56,416 nucleotides of DNA. Source: a virus. Taxonomy: Duplodnaviria > Caudoviricetes. Of the stretch, positions 49,390 through 56,416 are shown piece after piece; the stretch's first letter is position 1, and each line of letters begins with the position of its first letter. The notes beneath the pieces were generated by a model that saw only the letters and a list, made by a program, of their open reading frames with translations, ran no database searches and had not been told where the DNA came from. The DNA lies in IMG/VR virus record IMGVR_UViG_3300021440_000005, positions 1 to 56,416 of that record; one strand, given 5' to 3'. Position numbers and translations under genes: made by a program.

Positions 49390-49836
49390 TTAAAATGGGA
49401 TATCATCATCAATATTAAATGCAGATTTAGTTTTTGTAGATTTTACCACATTCTGTACTGCTGATTTCGCCTCCGTAATTTGATTTGCGCCTGCAACTTT
49501 GCCAAAAAGTATTATCGCTCCTCCAAATTTATTAACGTTGATCGCATACTTTTCTATCCATTCACCCTTTTGGTTTTTCCATTTCTTGTTAGAAAGATTT
49601 CCCCTTACCATTGCGTATGAGTTCAACCCTTGATTCAACAAATCATCCATTACTCCGTCATCAGAACATTCAATGTTGTGTACTTCTTCTTTGACTTTTT
49701 CTTCCCCTGTTTTTTTGTCAATCCAGCGATCCTCTGTGACAAGTTGGAATTTGCATATTTTGAAGTTGTTAAGGTCTAAAATTTCGGGAGTGGTGGCTAT
49801 TCGCCCTGAAAGTATTACTAAATTTGTTGATTTCAT
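49390..49836 (-). CDS. ssb: Single-stranded DNA-binding protein
   Basis: N.VILSGRI...PE and W.DKKTGE motifs; DDDIPF C-terminal tip. Confidence 0.93.
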   Translation of the reverse strand: MKSTNLVILSGRIATTPEILDLNNFKICKFQLVTEDRWIDKKTGEEKVKEEVHNIECSDDGVMDDLLNQGLNSYAMVRGNLSNKKWKNQKGEWIEKYAINVNKFGGAIILFGKVAGANQITEAKSAVQNVVKSTKTKSAFNIDDDIPF

Positions 49837-49910
49837 TTTTTATTTTTTTTCTTATTACTACTATGATAAATTATTAACCAGGTTGAAGAAAATAGCAAGA
49901 GTAAATTATA

Positions 49911-50549
49911 ATGACCATCGAGATAGGCAAGAAATTTAACAAAATTCTAGCATATGTTCCAATAACAGGCGCAATCGAAGAAATGGATGAAACATGTGCA
50001 GAGTTCATGGCATGGTGTAAAGGTGAAAAAATTAAAGTACACCGTCTTTTCGTTGAACCAAATTTAATCGATTACCCAATTCTTCAAGAGCTTAAGGAAT
50101 ATATTGAAGAAAACGACCTAGTTGTTTTACCAACCCTGGATGGTTTGTTTAAAACTTCTGGTGAGCTCTTAGAAGCAATACAAAATCTTTGTGATCGGAA
50201 GTGTAGCTTTTATACTCGAGACGAAGACTTGTTTTTGAATTTCTTTGATCCTTCTGAAAAGCAAAAAAATATTAACGAAACTACTCTTCTTGGTATTCGA
50301 AAAGCAGCAACTTTTGAAGACTCAATTAAACTAATTCGGATGCGTAAGGATTTATTGGATAGAAAGTTAAGCGGTAAACGCATTGCTAATCGATTCGTTT
50401 TGTCTAGGGAGGCTAAGAAAGAAATCGTGGCGCAAAAAAGAGCTGGGATAAAAGTTACTGAAATTGCCAAACACTATTGTATAAGTAACGACAAAGTTAT
50501 GGAAGTTATTACGAAACAAAATAAAGCAGAATTGAGTTGTTGGATATAA
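49911..50549 (+). CDS. Serine recombinase-like protein lacking the catalytic motif
   Basis: ILAYVPIT in place of YxRVS; ENDLVVLPTLDGL; C-terminal HTH (KVTEIAKHYCIS). Confidence 0.6.
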   Translation: MTIEIGKKFNKILAYVPITGAIEEMDETCAEFMAWCKGEKIKVHRLFVEPNLIDYPILQELKEYIEENDLVVLPTLDGLFKTSGELLEAIQNLCDRKCSFYTRDEDLFLNFFDPSEKQKNINETTLLGIRKAATFEDSIKLIRMRKDLLDRKLSGKRIANRFVLSREAKKEIVAQKRAGIKVTEIAKHYCISNDKVMEVITKQNKAELSCWI

Positions 50550-50550
50550 A

Positions 50551-50572
50551 AAGGAGTCCCGAAGGACTCCTT
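50551..50572. terminator. Hairpin terminator between convergent genes
   Basis: aaggagtcc-cgaa-ggactcctt. Confidence 0.7.
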
Positions 50573-50614
50573 AATTATACACCCAAGAATTATGACCAAA
50601 TGGTTCATCGAAGG

Positions 50615-52348
50615 TTATCTTACAGCTTGACTCGCTAATTTCAAAGCAATTTCGCGCTGAATTTCTTCATATTCGTTATCTTCGGATATCAGAACATTAG
50701 TATTCATCATCAATCCTACAATTTCGATAGCGTTTGTAATCGTTTCAATTGCTACATTGACTGGGTCGAGAACTCCGTTCTCAAATAAATTTACTTGATT
50801 ATCTTCCACGCTCTTAGTTGGATCAAGCATTTTCAAGTTATAACCCTTCCAAGTTTTCAAATCTTCAGAATTATTTTCTGGTAAACGAAGATTTTCATTG
50901 TAGTTTATGGTAATCGATTTGTACAAATCGTGCACAGTTTTTACAAATGCATTGCTAATTATGGACTTTAAAGAAGGATATTCTTCTTTTAGCTGGTTAG
51001 CTAAATAACTGAAAACGGTACATCCACCTGGAACTACGCCATGTTTTCTTGCAGATTGAACCGCACAAATTGCATCTTCAACTCGATCTTTTGTTTCTTT
51101 CGTGGACTGGGATGTTTTACCTCCAACAGAAATAATTGCTACGCCATCCGCAAGTCTCGCCAATCGTGAGCCTTGATACGCAGCTTCAGAATCTTCAGTA
51201 GTTTTGTCCATCAAGTCGCGAATTTTAGTAGATTGTTCTTTGATAATGTCAGCTCGATCTGGACTTGGCAAAATAACTGTCTTGTCCATTTTACATATAA
51301 TTCGCTTAGCTGAACCCATATGCTTGACCCTAGCTGCGTTTCTCCCTGAAAGTGGTCCTAACTCTAATGCGTTCTTATTAGAAATAACTTTGCCACCAAA
51401 CACTATTTCGAGGTCGGTGTAAATATCATTAATTTGATATTCGTCCAAACCATGAAACATTTTGTTTAAAGAAATGCAGCAGCAACGGAAGAAATTCCCG
51501 TTTTCTTTGATGTTTGTAACCAAACCTGCTTCTGCGATAAAGGAAATATCTTTTGCAATAAGAACGAATGGTCTTCCAATAATCTTTGGATCTTCAGAAG
51601 AGAAGAAGTCAGCGAAAATATGTTTAATTTGCTCCCAGGAGCGAATCTCAATATCAGTCAAAACTATAGCTGGATCGTCGAGCGAGCATTCGATTTTACC
51701 TGCTTGGTTTGAATAATATTGAGATGTCATTCCCACAGGGAGGTATACTCCCTCACTAGAAAATACGGTAGTCTCTTTGTTTTTTGATTCCTCCATAACA
51801 AAGTTTCCATCTTTCCCAAGTTTCGATAATCCTTCTGCGATAATTTTTACTATCTCCTCATCTCCATTTGAAGAGGTGTAGGCTACCTTCTTTAGGATTT
51901 CTTTATCTTCTTCGACGTCTATTTTAATCTCTTCAAGCTTATCAACCAGACGTTTCCCAATATTCTTCATTTCTGCCACTTCTTGTGTAGAGAATGGGAT
52001 AGATTCGCCGGAATTCATACCCTCGAAAGTTCTTGAATCCAGAGCGGAGTTTAAAAGATGACGAGCAAATATAATAGCCGTTGTTGTTCCGTCCCCAACT
52101 CGATCAACTGTTTTTAACGAAACTTCTTTAAGAGAATTTAAACCCATGTTCATAAAAGTGTCCCGAACATTAGTTTCACGCGCAACCGAAACACCGTCTT
52201 TAGTTGATTTAGGCAAACCCATACGTGTTTCAATCATTACGTTCGCTCCGCAAGGGCCGAACGTTGATGAAACAGTTTTGTAAAGCGTTTCCACGCCTGC
52301 TCGTAATGCTTCACGAGCTTCTGAACCGTATAAATATTTTTTAGCCAT
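50615..52348 (-). CDS. groEL: Divergent phage GroEL-like chaperonin
   Basis: TFGP.G.NV, TKDGVSVA, GDGTTTA, ETKDRVEDA..A, GVVPGG and GVLDP motifs; no GGM tail. Confidence 0.93.
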   Translation of the reverse strand: MAKKYLYGSEAREALRAGVETLYKTVSSTFGPCGANVMIETRMGLPKSTKDGVSVARETNVRDTFMNMGLNSLKEVSLKTVDRVGDGTTTAIIFARHLLNSALDSRTFEGMNSGESIPFSTQEVAEMKNIGKRLVDKLEEIKIDVEEDKEILKKVAYTSSNGDEEIVKIIAEGLSKLGKDGNFVMEESKNKETTVFSSEGVYLPVGMTSQYYSNQAGKIECSLDDPAIVLTDIEIRSWEQIKHIFADFFSSEDPKIIGRPFVLIAKDISFIAEAGLVTNIKENGNFFRCCCISLNKMFHGLDEYQINDIYTDLEIVFGGKVISNKNALELGPLSGRNAARVKHMGSAKRIICKMDKTVILPSPDRADIIKEQSTKIRDLMDKTTEDSEAAYQGSRLARLADGVAIISVGGKTSQSTKETKDRVEDAICAVQSARKHGVVPGGCTVFSYLANQLKEEYPSLKSIISNAFVKTVHDLYKSITINYNENLRLPENNSEDLKTWKGYNLKMLDPTKSVEDNQVNLFENGVLDPVNVAIETITNAIEIVGLMMNTNVLISEDNEYEEIQREIALKLASQAVR

Positions 52349-52360
52349 GTTTTTATCCTT

Positions 52361-52825
52361 TTATATAATTGTTTTCTTCAACTCAAACTTTTCAAAATCT
52401 TCGTCAACCAAAACATAAACATAGTCTTGGTCGTGACGTAGTCGAAACCATTCGGTCGCCTGAATCATGATGATTAAATCTGAGTGTTGCTTTTCTTTCA
52501 ATCCCGCAATTACGTTTTTAATCCAATTTTCGAGGTCTGCCCGAGGATCGGGTATTTCCTCATAAAATATAATTTCTTGGATTGCATTGAAAACTGGTGT
52601 GTTGATTAATGTTGAGGTGTTTTTTGAAAAGTTAACGATCTTTTTTTTAAAGGTTTCACACTCAATCCCATTAGAAGAGATTATAAATTTATCGTGAAAT
52701 AGATTACCTCCATTGGATTTCCGCCATAAACATTCCATCAAAAATAATAATTTCATGTAATGCGCAGAGCTTATGGGCATCTCGAAATCTACTAAATATT
52801 TGACTGGAATCAACGTACTAACCAT
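52361..52825 (-). CDS. Panacea (DUF4065/SocA-like) domain protein, divergent
   Basis: ISSAHYMKLLFL......GGNLFHDKF....NG resembles ITxLKLQKLLYY...LF.....GPV. Confidence 0.5.
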   Translation of the reverse strand: MVSTLIPVKYLVDFEMPISSAHYMKLLFLMECLWRKSNGGNLFHDKFIISSNGIECETFKKKIVNFSKNTSTLINTPVFNAIQEIIFYEEIPDPRADLENWIKNVIAGLKEKQHSDLIIMIQATEWFRLRHDQDYVYVLVDEDFEKFELKKTII

Positions 52826-52835
52826 AACCTCTAAA

Positions 52836-53225
52836 CTATTTCTCCATTATTTGTTTAAAAGTATAAGGGCACTCACTCGGGTAATTCTCTAAAAATCCTT
52901 CGTCATATTTCATAAGAATAGTTAATGCTCCGTAGTAGTAATCCTTGACTACTTGATCTAAGTTTACTTCTTCCTTCGACAGTAGTTTTTTAAGATATTT
53001 CTTAACTTCCTTTCTTGCTAAAAGAAATCTTTCCTCATTAAAATAATTTTTGTCGATTATTTCATTTCTAAATTCTTTTAGTAATTTATAAGCAACCAGA
53101 TAAATAATATTTTGGTTAAAAACATAAGTGTTATAAGCTTGCTTACCTTCCGATTGAGATGGTGGGAAAGAAGGCTCCGAGTATTTAAGAATAGATTGTA
53201 ATGTAATAAGTTGTAGTTTCATCAA
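52836..53225 (-). CDS. DUF29-like protein, copy B
   Basis: YPSECPYTFKQIM C-terminal motif. Confidence 0.6.
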   Translation of the reverse strand: MMKLQLITLQSILKYSEPSFPPSQSEGKQAYNTYVFNQNIIYLVAYKLLKEFRNEIIDKNYFNEERFLLARKEVKKYLKKLLSKEEVNLDQVVKDYYYGALTILMKYDEGFLENYPSECPYTFKQIMEK

Positions 53226-53301
53226 AGATCATCTATTTCTTATAATTTTTATATAAGTTTAACTAAAACTGGTTCTAAAGCAATGGATTTTTATCAATAA
53301 A

Positions 53302-53682
53302 CTATTTCTCCATTATTTGTTTAAACGTATATGGACACTCTTCTGCATAGTCTGAGCGAGATCCTTCTTCTTTTTTCATTAATTCAATTAATGCTCCGAA
53401 ATAGTAATTTTTAACTAGTTCATCAGGATTAACTTCTTCCTTCAAAAGAATTTTCTTAAGATATTTTTTGGCAAGCTTTCTTACAGAAAGAAATGTATCT
53501 GTATTGAAATATTCTGTATTTTTTATTTCATTTCTAAATTCTTTCACGAGTTTATATGCTATAAGATAGGTGATATTTTGGCAAAAAACATAAGTATTAT
53601 ATGCATGTTCACCTTGCGATTTAGGAGGAGGAGAGGGAGTCTGTGTGAGAGCCATTATTCTATCAAACGAAACAAATTCCAC
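53302..53682 (-). CDS. DUF29-like protein, copy A
   Basis: YAEECPYTFKQIM; paralogue of its neighbour. Confidence 0.6.
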   Translation of the reverse strand: MEFVSFDRIMALTQTPSPPPKSQGEHAYNTYVFCQNITYLIAYKLVKEFRNEIKNTEYFNTDTFLSVRKLAKKYLKKILLKEEVNPDELVKNYYFGALIELMKKEEGSRSDYAEECPYTFKQIMEK

Positions 53683-53748
53683 AGCATGTGACCTTTAATT
53701 AAAATTTATATTTAGTTTAAACGAAACTGGTTCCAAAGCAATGAATTT

Positions 53749-55455
53749 TTATCTATCTAGGCGCATTTTATCGCGATAATCGTAGTCTTTTAACTTATAA
53801 ATTGTTGCCTCCATAGCTTCTTCATATCTTTGTGGCTTGTAGTGTTCCTCGGTTCCGATATATTTTCTATCAGCTAACCAGTCGATCGTCATGGTAAAGG
53901 TGTCCATCAGATCGCGAGCTTCCCCAACTACATGGGGGAACTGTGTGCAAATATCGATAAATCTTTCTCCAAAATAATCAGCTTTCCCGATATAGGGATA
54001 TTTGCCCATAACATAAACTCTGCCAGATTCAACGTACGGTTGCGTTAAACGAGCACGCATAGTTTTACCGTCTTCCGTCTTCCCATACTTGGTTGTTCCA
54101 AGCGCGGGAGGAGTGTACTGCAACGCGTTTAATCCAATTTCTCTTAACGATTGCGCTAGCGAAATACCGTTCGCTTTGGCTTCAATAAGTAAATGCGTGC
54201 ATGGGTAACTACCTTCCATGGGATTGGCTAAGTCAGTATCAAAAATATTTTTAGACATACGAATAACCATTTTTCTTAGGTCATTCCATTCCACCCTTCC
54301 ATACCAGAATGATAACAACATAACGTTGTACACTCCACGTTCGTCGCGGAATAGTCCGTAGCTCGAACATGCAGAAAATGAGGCTGTTGAAGATGTCGAA
54401 ATTGCTGTGTCCCAAGAAGTAATGATAAATTCGAATGGAGGAAGTTCACCGTGATTCCAAACCTTAAACCAGTTTCTCTCGAAGATACCACCCGAAGTAG
54501 GCAACGGTTCACATTGATAAAGTGACGAATAAGCTAGGGGTGACATTGTTGAACGAATGAATTCGTGTTGTTCGACGGAATGTCTTTCCGGGTTTATGTA
54601 TTCATTTTCGAATGTTCGGGGGTCTTGCCATAAAATTTTATCTGAACCAGGAAGATACGTCGTGCATCTTCTTGCAGATTTGAATTGAAAAGGTATTTCA
54701 ACACAAACTGTTCCGGGCAAATTCTTAGCTTTAACGTGTCCAAACAAATCATTCGGATGCACTCTGTGCTGACCAATTAAAAAACGTGTTGTTTCGGGGT
54801 CGATTTGACGATGGATAAAAATATTATCAAAATCTTCGCAAACTTTTTCGATTGAAGCTACATTATTTTTGTCTTTAATGTTGTTCGGGTCGTCGAAAGA
54901 TATAATCGTCCCTCCTCCGGAGGTGATCTGCCCACCATAAGAAGCAGCAATTCTTTCTCCACCTAGGTTGTTTTGGGTGATCATGCGATTTTGTTTTGTT
55001 AGGTAGAAATCCATTCCGAATAATTGTTGAAATGCAGGATGACGAATAATGTTCTGCATATACTCATTATCTCGTGTCGCATATCTTTCCGCGTAACAAG
55101 TATTTAAAAAACGTTCTTTGGGATTTTTTATCCATATCCAAGCTGGATAGATTACGTTCCAAAAAGTGGATTTTCCTTCTTTGGGGGGTTCCGTCCAAAG
55201 AAGAAACTTAATTTTGTTTTCCTGGAAAGCTTTTCCGTGTATGACACGGGCTTCAAATGAGTAACCCTTTTTTAAAGGAGTAGATGTTCCAGCATAAGGC
55301 CAAAAATCTTCCGTGAATGCGCCTAGATCGTTTCGGTACTTTTCTTTCAATTCATTAATTAATGGATCAACCGCTCCGTTAAGGAGTTTCTCAATACCAT
55401 TATATTTTGATTTGATACGATTTACTTCCGCGTTTAACGCTTTTAAATTAGCCAT
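53749..55455 (-). CDS. terL: Terminase large subunit
   Basis: Walker A PPKEGKST, Walker B IISFDDP, YQCEP, and nuclease motifs SWDTA, IEAKANG, DLMD. Confidence 0.93.
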   Translation of the reverse strand: MANLKALNAEVNRIKSKYNGIEKLLNGAVDPLINELKEKYRNDLGAFTEDFWPYAGTSTPLKKGYSFEARVIHGKAFQENKIKFLLWTEPPKEGKSTFWNVIYPAWIWIKNPKERFLNTCYAERYATRDNEYMQNIIRHPAFQQLFGMDFYLTKQNRMITQNNLGGERIAASYGGQITSGGGTIISFDDPNNIKDKNNVASIEKVCEDFDNIFIHRQIDPETTRFLIGQHRVHPNDLFGHVKAKNLPGTVCVEIPFQFKSARRCTTYLPGSDKILWQDPRTFENEYINPERHSVEQHEFIRSTMSPLAYSSLYQCEPLPTSGGIFERNWFKVWNHGELPPFEFIITSWDTAISTSSTASFSACSSYGLFRDERGVYNVMLLSFWYGRVEWNDLRKMVIRMSKNIFDTDLANPMEGSYPCTHLLIEAKANGISLAQSLREIGLNALQYTPPALGTTKYGKTEDGKTMRARLTQPYVESGRVYVMGKYPYIGKADYFGERFIDICTQFPHVVGEARDLMDTFTMTIDWLADRKYIGTEEHYKPQRYEEAMEATIYKLKDYDYRDKMRLDR

Positions 55456-55640
55456 TTTTCTTATTATTTTTAAGCTAATTGAATTTTGGCTTAAAATTTG
55501 AATATAGTCAATTAATTAGGCATTTTATATAAATCTGGGCTTGAAAAAATGAACCCCCCCTATGGCAGAGCCGTAGGAGGGTGTTGTCCTTTTTAGGGGA
55601 CAGAATAAATTATATTAAATATTGCTTACACAATCAAGCC

Positions 55641-56416
55641 TTAAATTCTTGCTTCTAAGTCATCAATTCTACTTTTTAACTTTTTCATCTCATTTAGTAA
55701 TAGAACACTCAACATACTGTAGTTAATAGAGAATGGTTTTTTTTCATTATAGCAGACGAGCTCCGGAATTATTTTATCGACTTCTTCAGCAATCATACCA
55801 AAACATTTTTCTCCCGAATCTATATGCGTATAATTGACGGGACGTAAATCATAAATCTTGTTAGTATCAATAGTTAAGTCGACTATATTCTTTTTGAACT
55901 TTTTACTGGAAGCCAACAAGTAAATGCGATTTCCTGATCTTACCAAAGCTGTGCCTGTTCCACTGGTAGTGATATTAGGCATATTGATGTCTTGTTGGTT
56001 AAGATACAGGGATGTACCAAAAAGACTGGTCGTTGCAACCCCAGTATTAATGTTAACATCCTGGTTATTCGAAACGACGTTTAACGCACCTGTCAAACTT
56101 AGATTCGCAGTAGTCAGAAAAGTAGCCGCTGTTCCTGTATTTATAACTCCGGCTGCATTGTTAGTAGTAAAGTTGAACGCGTTATTGACATAAAAAGTTC
56201 CACAAGTAACGTTAAAATTCGCTGTTCCATTAAAATATGACGCTGTGTTTCCAAAATTTACTTGAAAACCACCTGTTGTTTGCGAATAACCGTTACTCGC
56301 AGTAAGCAACCCTCCGCTAGAAACTGCTCCAGAAGAAGTAACCGAAGTAGCAGAAACGCTAGCCAGCGTTGAATTTCCGTTTACAGAAAGAGTACCAGAA
56401 ACAGTCTCGTTGCCGG
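55641..56416 (-). CDS. Tail fibre C-terminal part with peptidase S74 intramolecular chaperone domain
   Basis: SSKKFKKNI..L......LRPVNY......GMIAEEV...PELV......INY...C-terminal coiled coil; frame is open to the window end. Confidence 0.9.
   Translation of the reverse strand, partial: GNETVSGTLSVNGNSTLASVSATSVTSSGAVSSGGLLTASNGYSQTTGGFQVNFGNTASYFNGTANFNVTCGTFYVNNAFNFTTNNAAGVINTGTAATFLTTANLSLTGALNVVSNNQDVNINTGVATTSLFGTSLYLNQQDINMPNITTSGTGTALVRSGNRIYLLASSKKFKKNIVDLTIDTNKIYDLRPVNYTHIDSGEKCFGMIAEEVDKIIPELVCYNEKKPFSINYSMLSVLLLNEMKKLKSRIDDLEARI
56312..56416. repeat. Terminal direct repeat (right copy)
   Basis: Identical to 1-105. Confidence 0.97.

Noticed and set aside
27990-55455. Alternative genetic code, tRNAs, integrase, DNA polymerase or diversity-generating retroelement
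   Set aside because: Long ORFs are intact in the standard code; I recognised no tRNA, tyrosine or large serine integrase, polymerase or reverse transcriptase motifs

Overview
The window is a complete circular ~56.3 kb AT-rich tailed phage genome: bases 1-105 are identical to 56312-56416, and a tail-fibre gene reads in frame across the junction. It is podovirus-like, with terminase, portal, scaffold, capsid, adaptor/nozzle, ejection proteins and a GH108 endolysin. Its dnaK-dnaJ pair points to an alphaproteobacterial host. The main result is a phage-borne RNA-guided system built on a type II-C Cas9 (32181-35300) whose RuvC and HNH catalytic residues are substituted, making it a natural dCas9. 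No cas1/cas2 is present. Divergent from cas9 is a promoter- and terminator-bounded ~63-nt tracrRNA candidate whose anti-repeat is only about 8 nt (GUAUCGAC), complementary to GUYAUAC. A degenerate 7-repeat array (38326-38757) has two spacers that match this phage's own portal and ejection-protein genes. Two long non-coding tracts flanking dnaK-dnaJ are packed, on the crRNA strand, with the 7-nt GTYATAC motif. I infer a possible 'minimal-repeat' guide array for a nuclease-dead Cas9; this is untested. The phage also carries GroEL, two GroES-like proteins, DnaK and DnaJ, several apparently catalytically degenerate enzymes and tandem paralogues. All calls come from reading motifs by eye; no database search was run.
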